NCBI RefSeq assembly: GCF_025370785.1
Contig: NZ_JAMXFA010000001.1
Location: forward strand, 107,902-171,901
DNA: 64,000 nucleotides
Reading direction: 5' to 3'
Source: Laspinema olomoucense D3b
GTDB taxonomy: Bacteria > Cyanobacteriota > Cyanobacteriia > Cyanobacteriales > Laspinemataceae
The notes beneath the pieces were generated by a model. That model was not told the DNA's origin and ran no database searches. It saw nothing but the letters and a program-made list of their open reading frames with translations. Of the stretch, positions 52,390 through 62,630 are shown piece by piece. The position numbers were made by a program, and so were the translations under genes. How positions within the stretch are numbered: position 1 is the first letter of the stretch; every line of letters starts with the position of its first letter.

Positions 52390-54126
52390 ATGATGAAATT
52401 GATGCGCTTAGTATTCCGAATTTTCCAGCAAAGACAACCGAAGCGCCGCATGGGTGCCACAGGTCAGTTATCAACAAACCTGTGGTCCCTATGTCACCGC
52501 ATCGTGCGTACTTTTTTCACGGGAAATCCACTCAAAATCCAGTTTGCAGTCTGGGGTTGTTTACTCTTGTTATTGCTCAACGTTCCACCGGGGACCGCGC
52601 AGTATCCCCGCCCAGTGATGCCGCCTGCGGTTGCTCCCCCCACGGCAGTCCCTGCACCCATCAACAACCCGGGAGGTGAGCGGAACTCCCCTGAAATGAC
52701 ACAACTCCAATTTCCACTCCAAGGCGATGATCGGGTTCAAAAGCTCGTCAGTGTCGGCCATCAGCACGAATTTAGAGGGGTCTGGGTGGCCTCGGTGGCC
52801 AACATTGACTGGCCCTCCGCGAGCAATTTGTCCGTAGACGAGCAAAAAGCGGAACTGCTGGAAATCCTGGACCAGATACAATCATTAAATTTGAATGCTC
52901 TGGTACTCCAAATTCGGCCCAATGGAGATGCCTTCTATGCGTCGCAAATTGAGCCTTGGAGTGGATGGCTAACGGGAACTCAGGGACAAGCGCCCCAACC
53001 TTTTTATGACCCCCTGGAGTTTGCGATCGCCGAAAGTCACAAGCGCAATATCGAGCTTCATGCTTGGTTTAATCCTTACCGCGCTAAAATGCCGGGAGAA
53101 AAATATGGCCTGACTCCTAATCACATGGCCTCTATGTTTCCCCAATATGCCTATCAATATGGGGATTTACTCTGGATGGACCCCGGGGCAAAAGAAGTCC
53201 AAGACCGGGCTTATAACGTGATTATGGATGTGGTCCGTCGCTATGATATCGATGGCATTCATATTGATGACTATTTCTACCCCTATCCACAAGAAGGGGT
53301 GCGCTTCCCCGATACCGCCACTTATGGCGCCTATCAAAACAGTGGCGGAACGCTTTCTCTGGCCGATTGGCGCAGAAAAAACGTCAATGATGCGATCGAA
53401 CGGATTTGGAACGGGATCAAAACCGAAAAACCCTACGTTAAATTTGGAATTAGCCCCTTTGGAATTTATCGTCCGGGCAAAGCTGAGGGAATTGTCGGAT
53501 TTGACCAATTTGATGGACTCTATGCCGACGTTAAAAAATGGCTAGATGAAGGGTGGCTAGATTATCTGGCTCCTCAACTCTATTGGCGGATTGACCCCCC
53601 CCAACAAAGCTATCCCGTCTTATTAAACTGGTGGAGTCAAAATAATCCCCTGCGCCGTCATATTTATGCCGGAAACTATCTGAGCAAACTTGATGGCAGT
53701 GGGTGGCCAATTTCTGAGTTTGAAAGACAGGTGGAAATTTCTCGCCGCGAAGTGGATAAACTTTCCCTGGGCAATATTTTCTTTAGCATGAAAGTGTTTA
53801 AGGAAAATTGGTTCGGAATCAACGAGCGTTTTAGAGCAGCAGTCTATCCGTCTCAAGCGCTGCCTCCTACCATGCCTTGGTTAGATGCAGTTCCTCCAGC
53901 CGCCCCAACGGGTGTTCGTGCGGGTGATAATGCGATCGCCTGGGATTCTGGTAATAATGATGTTCGCTACTGGAGCGTTTATCGTCGCAACGGGAATGAA
54001 TGGCAACTGGTCAAAGTTCTGAATTCCGCCACCAATTCCCTCACCGGATTACAACCGGGAAGTTATGCCGTTTGTAGCGTAGACCGCATGGCAAATGAAA
54101 GCCCTGGAGTTGTGGTTTCTTTATAA
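52390..54126 (+). CDS. GHL10 family protein with a C-terminal Fn3/Ig-like domain, secreted
   Basis: The signal-like stretch is FAVWGCLLLLLLNVPPGTAQ. The core motifs FRGVWVASVANIDWP and NALVLQIRPNGDAFYAS are followed by a C-terminal beta-sandwich tail. The start is uncertain. Confidence 0.7.
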   Translation: MMKLMRLVFRIFQQRQPKRRMGATGQLSTNLWSLCHRIVRTFFTGNPLKIQFAVWGCLLLLLLNVPPGTAQYPRPVMPPAVAPPTAVPAPINNPGGERNSPEMTQLQFPLQGDDRVQKLVSVGHQHEFRGVWVASVANIDWPSASNLSVDEQKAELLEILDQIQSLNLNALVLQIRPNGDAFYASQIEPWSGWLTGTQGQAPQPFYDPLEFAIAESHKRNIELHAWFNPYRAKMPGEKYGLTPNHMASMFPQYAYQYGDLLWMDPGAKEVQDRAYNVIMDVVRRYDIDGIHIDDYFYPYPQEGVRFPDTATYGAYQNSGGTLSLADWRRKNVNDAIERIWNGIKTEKPYVKFGISPFGIYRPGKAEGIVGFDQFDGLYADVKKWLDEGWLDYLAPQLYWRIDPPQQSYPVLLNWWSQNNPLRRHIYAGNYLSKLDGSGWPISEFERQVEISRREVDKLSLGNIFFSMKVFKENWFGINERFRAAVYPSQALPPTMPWLDAVPPAAPTGVRAGDNAIAWDSGNNDVRYWSVYRRNGNEWQLVKVLNSATNSLTGLQPGSYAVCSVDRMANESPGVVVSL

Positions 54127-54322
54127 CTTTAAATTGGATTAAATTAGCCCCCCACCCTCAAAGGCGGGGCTATCAGAAAAAAGCCCTCCTGAGCGGGCTT
54201 TTTTTATTGCTCATAGTCACAACTGCCGTCGTTTCTTCCATACCGCAGTAAAATAGGGGGTAAAAATTGTTATATTAAATTAAAGAATATCCCATTGAAT
54301 GGGAGTGTTTCGAGGTAAAATA

Positions 54323-54880
54323 ATGGTCCAAAAGTTTTATACCTTAACCGATGAAGAACTGATGCAAATCAGTTCACAAAACCCTGAATTGAGATTTGAG
54401 CGGAATGCAGATGGAACGTTAGAGACTATGCCACCCACTGGAGGAATTTCTAGTAATCGAGAACTGAAAGCAGGGGCCTATCTTTTGTATTGGGTAGAAC
54501 AGCACGATTTGGGGGAAGTCTTTAGTTCAAGTTGTGGGTTTAAATTAGCCAATGGTGCAGTGCGATCGCCTGATGCTGCGTTTGTGGCAAAAGGACGTTT
54601 ACCCGAAGGATGGGATCAGGGAACCGATGAATTTTTAAATCTCCCTCCCGATTTTGTCATAGAAATTCGCTCCAAAACTGACGGGCTAGAAAAACTTAAG
54701 GATAAAATGCAAGAATATATTGAAAATGGGGTGCAGTTGGGATGGTTAATCGATCGCCAAAATCAACAGGGGTTCGTTTATCGCGCTGACGGTTCCATTA
54801 CCCCATATCCCGCAACCGCAATCTTAAATGGTGAAAATATTGTCCCGGGGTTTACCTTAGCACTCAAATCCCTACTTTAA
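54323..54880 (+). CDS. Uma2-family (DUF820) putative restriction-endonuclease-like protein
   Basis: The ORF reads MVQKFYTLTDEELMQISSQNPELRFERNADGTLETMPPTGG...DFVIEIRS, which is a PD-(D/E)XK-like core. Confidence 0.8.
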   Translation: MVQKFYTLTDEELMQISSQNPELRFERNADGTLETMPPTGGISSNRELKAGAYLLYWVEQHDLGEVFSSSCGFKLANGAVRSPDAAFVAKGRLPEGWDQGTDEFLNLPPDFVIEIRSKTDGLEKLKDKMQEYIENGVQLGWLIDRQNQQGFVYRADGSITPYPATAILNGENIVPGFTLALKSLL

Positions 54881-54902
54881 GGCTGGGGTAAATTAGACCT
54901 CT

Positions 54903-56351
54903 TTATTCTAACGTCTTAACTGTCAAGACTTGAGGCGGGACGGAATCCGGAGGATAAAGGAAATCAACCTGGACCGATCGCACCTCATTCGGGGCTAAAT
55001 TTAAGGTTACTAATGGATCGAGAATCTGTCCCCGACGATGCCATAAATGTAGATAACGGGTGATGTTTTCTCCATTATCATCGGTGTAACGTAAGCGGAC
55101 CGTTGAGCGGAAAAAGGGATAATCCCAAGGGGGTTGACGAAAGATTAATCCACCTTTAGATAACCGTTCTTCTTTCATCGGGGTTTCTAAGGTAACTGCC
55201 ACTTTTTGCGGGCGATCGCTCTCGTTTCGTAGGGGGAGGGTTAAATCATAATGCACCCCATAGTTCGCATGGGATTCATAAGCCGTATCTGGATATCGAA
55301 CTAACAGCTTGGCCGCTTGAATTTGACCTGTTCCTAATGTCCCAGCGCGTAAGGTACTAATTACATAAGAAACGGCTTTTTCCGGTTCAGGAAGCGCTAA
55401 ATACTCACTTCCTTCATCCACTAAATTAGCCTGCCATTTTGACCCTTCCTGAACTCCTGCAACCCGGCTATAAATCAGTTGACCGCTGACTTGTTCCGGT
55501 GGACTAGGGGTTTTATCTCGGGGTAAAGCTAGATTTCCCCTAGTTAAAAGTTGCTGCCATTCTTCAAGATTAGGTGCGCGTTCAGTTCCCTTAGAATCCG
55601 TTTTAGCATATAGTGCTAAGGATGCTAAATATACCGGCCCATCACTCTGTAAGCGCAGAAAAGTAGAACGACCATTAATCGGTTTTTCTAAGCCTTTGAC
55701 TGGAATCGGATGATTCATCAACATCCGACTTTCTCCCGGGGGAATAACTAAGGTTTCTGGTAAATCCCCTTGTCTAATTCCCCGCAATACGTTATCAACA
55801 GCACGAATTCCTGGACCTGAATAAATCTCCCCATTAGGATTATCACTCATGGCGGGTTTCTCTTGAAAGGGAGCATCGGGTTCTAGTAAATAACTAGCAC
55901 CTTCCGGTACAGTTACCGTAACAGGTTCCGGGCCTGGATTGTTAACTATAATCCCGATATAGAGGGTTTGTAAATTGGGGGGAGTATGGGTAAAGTGATG
56001 AGCAAATAGCTCAAATTTATCGTTAAAGGCAAAGTTAAGATGGGCAGCGGGGACTTGTTTGCCTTCTGGGGGAAAGGTGGAGAGTAAAATGCCTTCAACT
56101 TTGACCCATTCGGGGCTGTTACTATTAAACATGGGGACTTGATCTAATCCACCGGGAAGCGATCGCACCACGTTGGATTGCACAATTTCTTGAGGGGATG
56201 CCGCTTGTGCAGAGTTGGGCGGTTTACCATCAGGAATTCCCGCATCAATTCCTGGCTGGTTGGGGTCAACCTTCGTAATACAGCCGCCTGTAAATAGCGC
56301 TAACAGCCCACAGAAACCTATAGCAATAAACCGACTGACCGAAATCTGCAT
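54903..56351 (-). CDS. hypothetical lipoprotein (cyanobacteria-type DUF)
   Basis: The lipobox is FTGGC, and the ORF is 482 aa with no enzymatic motifs recognised. Confidence 0.5.
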   Translation of the reverse strand: MQISVSRFIAIGFCGLLALFTGGCITKVDPNQPGIDAGIPDGKPPNSAQAASPQEIVQSNVVRSLPGGLDQVPMFNSNSPEWVKVEGILLSTFPPEGKQVPAAHLNFAFNDKFELFAHHFTHTPPNLQTLYIGIIVNNPGPEPVTVTVPEGASYLLEPDAPFQEKPAMSDNPNGEIYSGPGIRAVDNVLRGIRQGDLPETLVIPPGESRMLMNHPIPVKGLEKPINGRSTFLRLQSDGPVYLASLALYAKTDSKGTERAPNLEEWQQLLTRGNLALPRDKTPSPPEQVSGQLIYSRVAGVQEGSKWQANLVDEGSEYLALPEPEKAVSYVISTLRAGTLGTGQIQAAKLLVRYPDTAYESHANYGVHYDLTLPLRNESDRPQKVAVTLETPMKEERLSKGGLIFRQPPWDYPFFRSTVRLRYTDDNGENITRYLHLWHRRGQILDPLVTLNLAPNEVRSVQVDFLYPPDSVPPQVLTVKTLE

Positions 56352-56787
56352 AAAATTTCACTCGCAGTAATTCTGGTTTCTATGTTCTGACTCCGTGGAC
56401 CTGCCGCAGAACCGCCCATGTCCTCTCGGTAAACCCGACGCCCGGTTGAATCGATCAGAATGGCGATCGCCACAGAAAAAAGGATATAGGGGAAGCAAGA
56501 GGAATAAATATTTAATTCTTAGGGGGCCTGTTAGAATTTTGCCCGCCGTCTTATAACGTGAGGCTGGATCTGAAGACTCATCGATTGAGTCAACCTGGAG
56601 GAAAGTCACCCCTTCAAAGGGTTAAAAAATAGCTGACTGTCTCGACTCAGCCTCTTGATAAATAGATTAACCGCAATTTAGGGGTTTAATGTTATTGATG
56701 ATGCAGTTTTAACCGGGTTGACTCCTCAAACTTATGAGGAATCCAAATGGATGGATAAGTTTTAAGGACAACCCGGCTAGGATGGCA

Positions 56788-57156
56788 TTAGCGCACTAAA
56801 GTTAGCTCTTTTTCTTCCACAACCGATGCCTGGGGTTCGGTGACTTCCGTGGGGAACACTTCTGATGAGGGAATCAACTCATCCGTTGAGGAAAATTCTG
56901 GATGTTCGGGACTGCGATCGCCTGCCAGACGACGGATTGCCAAAATACTAGCACCGGCTGCCAATACTGCACCGCCTAGAAAAGCAGCTTTCGTCGTTCC
57001 GTTATGAAATCCTGTAGCATTGGATAGGTTTTGAGTGGATTGATTTAGTCCTTTCGCAAAGGGACAGCCTGATGCCTGGGCCTCGGAGGTGATTAAAATT
57101 CCTGTGGCAACAGCGGCAGTAGAAAGAATTCCCGCTAAAACGTGCTTAGGTTTCAT
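56788..57156 (-). CDS. hypothetical secreted/membrane protein
   Basis: The signal peptide is MKPKHVLAGILSTAAVATGILI, and an internal hydrophobic segment AAFLGGAVLAAGASILAIRR is present. Confidence 0.35.
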   Translation of the reverse strand: MKPKHVLAGILSTAAVATGILITSEAQASGCPFAKGLNQSTQNLSNATGFHNGTTKAAFLGGAVLAAGASILAIRRLAGDRSPEHPEFSSTDELIPSSEVFPTEVTEPQASVVEEKELTLVR

Positions 57157-57690
57157 CAGCAATTTTTTAAAAGAAATGACAACGCTTTTCCCTATTATGT
57201 ACAAAATTTTTAAAATGGCAAGGGTTCTGAAGAAAAGCCCCAATGTCTGAAATTTACACAGGGGACTAACTCAGGTTTTGGGCGGCAGGGCTCACCCCCA
57301 ATTGAGTTACGGAGGGCAGAGGTAACGGGATTTAACTCCTGAAGTCTAGATCGGCGTCTGTCTCCAGGTTGATTTTTGGACAAGTTTCCCCGATGGCTAG
57401 GTGGGGACATTATCTAACGTAAAATTAAAAGCAAGGGAGAAAACCCGCTGGTGTTCCATGCCGGTTGCGATACGACTCCTGATAATTTTATTGAGTCGGG
57501 GTGGGGAATGTTTCGGAATTGGATAGACGGGGGTTGAATCTTGGTGATTCGAGGAGGGGCGACTTAAAAGGTGAAAATTTCTTAATCTTGACTTTTTTAT
57601 CTCTTCAGTCGCCCAACTGTTGCCCGAGGGGAGGGTCTTGCCGGGTCCATTGGGGTTCTATAAATTGTAGAAAAATGATAGAGGAAGTCG

Positions 57691-58329
57691 ATGACGGTGA
57701 GAATAATTTTGTTTGATTTTGATGGGACAATTGCGGATACCCTAGATTCTATTGTAAAAATTACCAATCGCTTGGCTGGAGAGTTTGGATATAAAAAAAC
57801 AACTCAAGAAGATGTGGAGTATTTGAGGAATATGAATTCAATGCAAATTATTAAAACCTCGGGTATTCCTATTTTTAAAGTTCCTTTTTTATTGCAGATG
57901 GTTAAGCTAGAATTAAATCATGAGATTCAAAACTTAAAACCTATTCCCGGTATTGTAGAAGCCTTGCAAATTTTAAACCATAAAGAATATAAGCTGGGCA
58001 TTGTAACTTCTAACTCTCTGGAAAATGTTAAAGGATTTTTAGAAAGAAATGAAATGACTAAACTTTTCAGCTTTATTCATGCGGGTTCCACCTTGTTTGG
58101 GAAAAACAAAGTCATTAAAAACTTTTTGAAAAAAGAAGGAATTCCCCCGGAAAATGTAATTTATATTGGAGATGAAACCCGAGATATAGAGGCGGCTAAG
58201 AAAGCTAAAATTAAAGTAATCGCGGTGAGTTGGGGATTTAATTCTAAAACGGTTTTATCTAAACATAACCCTGATATAGCGATTAATAACCCCCAAGACT
58301 TGATTGAGGCGATCGCCCGCTTACAGTAA
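57691..58329 (+). CDS. HAD-superfamily hydrolase (phosphoglycolate-phosphatase-like)
   Basis: Motif I is ILFDFDGTIADT and motif IV is IGDETRDIEAA. The gene is AT-rich. Confidence 0.8.
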   Translation: MTVRIILFDFDGTIADTLDSIVKITNRLAGEFGYKKTTQEDVEYLRNMNSMQIIKTSGIPIFKVPFLLQMVKLELNHEIQNLKPIPGIVEALQILNHKEYKLGIVTSNSLENVKGFLERNEMTKLFSFIHAGSTLFGKNKVIKNFLKKEGIPPENVIYIGDETRDIEAAKKAKIKVIAVSWGFNSKTVLSKHNPDIAINNPQDLIEAIARLQ

Positions 58330-58897
58330 TCTAGCAGACCTCGATTATCCCGAGGATTCGAGGATACTTTTTCAAGGTCAAATTTTGAGTCAGTTTGCGA
58401 CTCAAAACGACCCCAATGATTTAGACTAGAAATCACGGTCTGGCCTGGGTCGGAAAATCCCCCGAGGATGCGACTCCCCTATTCCCTCAAAAAGACGGAA
58501 TCTGGTTTACCTGGGTCGGCTAAATCTGCCCCATCAAGAGTCTGGGGTTTGCTGACAAAGCCTGCCCCAGCTACGGCTGTCAACATCAAGCAGGTCTTTG
58601 ACAATGGGATTTAGTCGGAGACAGTTACCCAGATTATGGCCCTTTCCTTGGTGGTGAGGGCTACAAATTTTGTCAAGAAAGCCGGTAACCATTCCTGGGA
58701 TGTAAGGCTGTAAGGCTGCCCTGGTAAGATGGAGGCAAAAGAGGTAATTCCTGTTTCAGAATACTCTACTCTGAAAAACCCCAATTTATGAAGGATTATT
58801 TAATCCAAATTGAGATTTTTTTCAGCAAGAGAGATAAAACTAGCAGGAATGAGGGAGATAAATAATCTAAAAAAAGGGTGCATAAATAGGAAAAGTT

Positions 58898-61417
58898 ATG
58901 GCAGAGATCAATCCAGTAGCTTGGTTGCAGGAACGAACGGCATTAAATCGTTTATCGGAACCTGTATTAACAGCGATCGCCCAAGTCCTCCAGGAGCAAA
59001 TTTTACCCGCAAATCAGGCGATCGCCGAACCGGAGAAATTCCCCACCGGATTCTACATCCTCCGGGAAGGAGAGTTACAAACTTCCCTGAAAAATGCCCC
59101 CCCTTCCTCGGATGAATTGAGCCCCGGTTGCACGATTAACTTACGGGCATTACTCTTAGACCAACCTCCAGAACAGACGATTTCTACCGTCACCGAATCT
59201 AAATTCTGGTTTGTCCCAGCGGACCGAGTTCGGGAATTAGTCCGGCAATACCCAGAAATCACCCAAACCTTGACCCGACAACTCGCCCAAGAACTTGCCG
59301 AGGTGTCGAGTGCGCTGACTTATGAACAACAACGACAAGATGCTTTACGGCCTTATTTTGTCACCAAAGCAAAACGGGGAATTGTGGGCAGAAGTCGCTA
59401 TGCTCAACGTCTCAGACAGCAGATTAGAGAGGCGGGGTCGGATAGGCGATCGGTCTATATTTTCGGGGAACCGGGATTAGAAAAAGATAATATTGCTGCC
59501 CTGATTCACTATGGTTCCCCCCACCGTCAGCAACCGATCGTCAAAATCAACTGTGGGATTCTCCAAAAAGGGGGGGCAGAACTCTTTGGACGGGCGGGAG
59601 GGAAACCAGGACTGATCGAATGGTTGGGAGAAGGGACCCTGATTCTCAACAACATTGATGAACTGCCCGAGGAACTGGTTGAGGCAGTCGCCACCCTATG
59701 CAAAACCGCCACTTATAGACCCGTCACCCGAGAAGGGGATGATCCCGCAGCCCCTAAATCCACTCCTGCCAAAATTCTAGCCATCTCAGAAAAACATCTT
59801 CCGGCGATCGCCCCGCATCTGGACCAAACCCTCAAAGTTCCTCCCCTGCGAGTCCGAAAAGCCGACATTAGCGCTCAAGTCGAGTATTATATTAGCTTGT
59901 ACTGTCGCGCCAAAGCGCTGAGCAAACCCCAACTCACCCCAGAAGCTCTCCGTCGGCTACAATCTTATGATTTTCCCGGCAATATTCGGGAATTGCAAAA
60001 CTTAGTAGAACGGGCGATCGTCCAGTCAGATTGCGCCCGAGAATTAACGGAAGAAATTTTTTGGGCAGCCCAAGGGAAGAAAAAACGATTCCGCTTGAAT
60101 TTACTGAATGCTTATCCCCAATTGCGCCATTTTCTTCGCAGTCCTTGGTGGCCCGATCGCATTAACTATGGTTTTACCGTCGTTGCCTTCGCCCTAGTCG
60201 TTGCCATCTTATTTCTGGGTCCGCAAACTCGCGATCGCAACTTTGCCCTCAACTTCTTTTGGGCCTGGTGGTGGCCGTTAATTCTATTCGCCTTTCCCTT
60301 TGTCGGTCGCTTGTGGTGTGCCGTTTGTCCCTTTATGATTTATGGAGAAATTACCCAAAAAATCTCCGAAAAATTATTAAAACACAACCTCAAACCCTGG
60401 CCGCGACAGCAAGCCGAAAAATGGGGCGGCTGGTTTCTGTTCGGCTTATTTACCCTAATTTTCCTGTGGGAAGAACTCTGGGATTTACAGAATACGGCCT
60501 ATCTCTCCGCCTGGTTACTCCTCTTAATCACCGCCGGGGCGATGATTTGTTCCGCCATCTTTGAACGGCGGTTTTGGTGTCGCTACCTCTGTCCCATTGG
60601 CGGCATGAATGGACTGTTTGCCAAACTTTCCATGACCGAATTAAGAGCACAACAAGGAACCTGTTCCGCCGAATGCAGCACCTATCAATGTTATAAAGGC
60701 GGTCCGCAAAAAGGGGAAGGGATGGAAACCAATGGCTGTCCGCTCTATTCTCATCCCGCCCAGTTAGAAGATAACCGGGATTGTGTTTTATGCATGACCT
60801 GTTTAAAAGCCTGTCCCCATCGGTCCGTTGAATTCAATCTACGACCTCCGGGAATTGATTTGTGGACCACTCATCAGCCTCGTAGCTATGAAGTCGCCTT
60901 GTTGCTGTTACTTTTAGGGGGAATATTTTTGCATCGATTGCCCGAGATTAATACAGTCCTGGGATTAGGCATTGATTTAAGCCAATTTTGGCCGCATTTG
61001 GGATTGTCATTGGCCGCATTAGGGATTCCTGCCGCCTGGGTATTACTTGCCGGGGTGGCCATTGTTGGACTAAACCGCACCTTCAAATCTAAACCCTTTG
61101 TCCAATTAGCATACGGATATTTGCCCTTAGTTTTAGGGGGAAGTTTAGCTCATTATTTGCGCTTGGGATTAGGAGAAGCGGGACGCATTTTACCCGTCAC
61201 CTTTGCCACCTTTGGGTTGAGTGGGGAAGGGTTGCCCGTGTGGATTGCACATCCAGCAGTGATTACCTTTTTGCAAGGAACCACCTTAATTGCTGGAGTG
61301 GGGTTGAGCATTCTGTTAACGCAAAAAATTGGCCGAGAGTCCCTGCGATCGCTGCTTCCCCAACATTTAGCCACCCTCGGATTAGCTTTGGGGATGTGGG
61401 TTATTATCGTGAGGTAA
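58898..61417 (+). CDS. multidomain protein: cNMP-binding domain + degenerate sigma-54-activator-type AAA+ domain + NapH/MauN-like membrane polyferredoxin
   Basis: The CAP effector-like domain has FYILREGEL. The sigma-54-interaction-like core runs GRSRYAQRLRQQIREAGSDRRSVYIFGEPGLEKDNIAALIH ... FPGNIRELQNLVERAIV, with the Walker A degenerate (GEPGLEKD) and no GAFTGA. The C-terminal membrane part carries the Cys motifs CAVCP, CRYLCP, CSAECSTYQC and CVLCMTCLKACP. Confidence 0.7.
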   Translation: MAEINPVAWLQERTALNRLSEPVLTAIAQVLQEQILPANQAIAEPEKFPTGFYILREGELQTSLKNAPPSSDELSPGCTINLRALLLDQPPEQTISTVTESKFWFVPADRVRELVRQYPEITQTLTRQLAQELAEVSSALTYEQQRQDALRPYFVTKAKRGIVGRSRYAQRLRQQIREAGSDRRSVYIFGEPGLEKDNIAALIHYGSPHRQQPIVKINCGILQKGGAELFGRAGGKPGLIEWLGEGTLILNNIDELPEELVEAVATLCKTATYRPVTREGDDPAAPKSTPAKILAISEKHLPAIAPHLDQTLKVPPLRVRKADISAQVEYYISLYCRAKALSKPQLTPEALRRLQSYDFPGNIRELQNLVERAIVQSDCARELTEEIFWAAQGKKKRFRLNLLNAYPQLRHFLRSPWWPDRINYGFTVVAFALVVAILFLGPQTRDRNFALNFFWAWWWPLILFAFPFVGRLWCAVCPFMIYGEITQKISEKLLKHNLKPWPRQQAEKWGGWFLFGLFTLIFLWEELWDLQNTAYLSAWLLLLITAGAMICSAIFERRFWCRYLCPIGGMNGLFAKLSMTELRAQQGTCSAECSTYQCYKGGPQKGEGMETNGCPLYSHPAQLEDNRDCVLCMTCLKACPHRSVEFNLRPPGIDLWTTHQPRSYEVALLLLLLGGIFLHRLPEINTVLGLGIDLSQFWPHLGLSLAALGIPAAWVLLAGVAIVGLNRTFKSKPFVQLAYGYLPLVLGGSLAHYLRLGLGEAGRILPVTFATFGLSGEGLPVWIAHPAVITFLQGTTLIAGVGLSILLTQKIGRESLRSLLPQHLATLGLALGMWVIIVR

Positions 61418-61480
61418 AAAAAGATGGAGATGCATTCGCAGCCCCTCTGGAATCAGAATTAACTCAGGAGTAACGAGATC

Positions 61481-62578
61481 GTGCTCGATAGTCTCATTAA
61501 AATTACCGTGATCGGCGTCGGGGGTGGCGGGTGCAATGCCATCAACCGGATGATTGCCAGTGATCTGTCTGGGGTTGAATTTGTAGGGATTAACACCGAT
61601 GCTAGAGCTTTAGCCCAATGCCGTGCCGATCGCCGCATTCAAATCGGGCAGAAACTCACCCAGGGGTTAGGAACTGGGGGAAATCCCCTCATCGGACAAA
61701 AAGCGGCGGAAGATGCCAGAAGTCAAATTGCCGCAGCGATGGAAGGGAGTGATTTAGTCTTTATTACCGCAGGGATGGGAGGCGGAACCGGCACAGGGGC
61801 CACACCCATTGTCGCGGAAATTGCCAAACAACAAGGGGCACTCACGATTGGGGTCTTGACTCGTCCCTTTGCCTTCGAGGGGAAACGCCGCAGTCATCTT
61901 GCCGAGGAAGCGATTACGGCATTACAGAGTCGGTTGGATACAGCGATCGCCGTTCCTAATGAGAAATTGTTGTCCGTGATTTCTGACAATATGCCGGTTC
62001 AGGATGCCTTTGGCGTGGCGGATGATATCTTGCGCCAAGGGGTACAAGGGATTTCTGATTTAATTGTGATTCCCGGGGTAGTGAATGTGGATTTTGCCGA
62101 CGTGCGATCGGTGATGAGTCGCGCCGGAACCGCTTTACTGGGGATAGGAATTGGTCAAGGACAATCTCGCGCTAGACAAGCTGCGATTTCGGCGATGTCT
62201 TCGCCCTTTTTAGAGTGTTCAATTAACGGGGCCAAAGGGGTTGTTTTTAATATTACCTGCGGCATGGATCTCACCTTACATGAAGTGAATGTAGCAGCAG
62301 CAGAAGTCTATAACGTAGTGGATCCGGATGCGAATATTATTTTCGGTGCAGTGATTGACGATCGCCTGCATGGAGAGATGAGAATGACCTTAATCGCTAC
62401 TGGATTTTCCAATGAACCGCAGGTTTCTCTTCCTCAAACCCGGGTAGTCCCGACTCCCCCCCCTCAATATCGGGTTGCCAAACCTCCAACCCCCACACCT
62501 CAACCCGAGATACCGCCTCAAAGTTGGCCCGGATTGGACCTTCCTGATTTTTTTCCCCCTCGGCGATCGCCTAGGTAG
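61481..62578 (+). CDS. ftsZ: cell division protein FtsZ
   Basis: The motifs [13 protein letters not shown] and [17 protein letters not shown] are present, and the C-terminal peptide LDLPDFF follows. The start is a GTG at 61481 with a perfect AGGAG RBS at 61466-61470. Confidence 0.9.
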   Translation: MLDSLIKITVIGVGGGGCNAINRMIASDLSGVEFVGINTDARALAQCRADRRIQIGQKLTQGLGTGGNPLIGQKAAEDARSQIAAAMEGSDLVFITAGMGGGTGTGATPIVAEIAKQQGALTIGVLTRPFAFEGKRRSHLAEEAITALQSRLDTAIAVPNEKLLSVISDNMPVQDAFGVADDILRQGVQGISDLIVIPGVVNVDFADVRSVMSRAGTALLGIGIGQGQSRARQAAISAMSSPFLECSINGAKGVVFNITCGMDLTLHEVNVAAAEVYNVVDPDANIIFGAVIDDRLHGEMRMTLIATGFSNEPQVSLPQTRVVPTPPPQYRVAKPPTPTPQPEIPPQSWPGLDLPDFFPPRRSPR

Positions 62579-62630
62579 TTGGTCATTGGTCCTTTGTCCT
62601 TAGTTGATGGGGAGGACTGGGAAGATTTTT

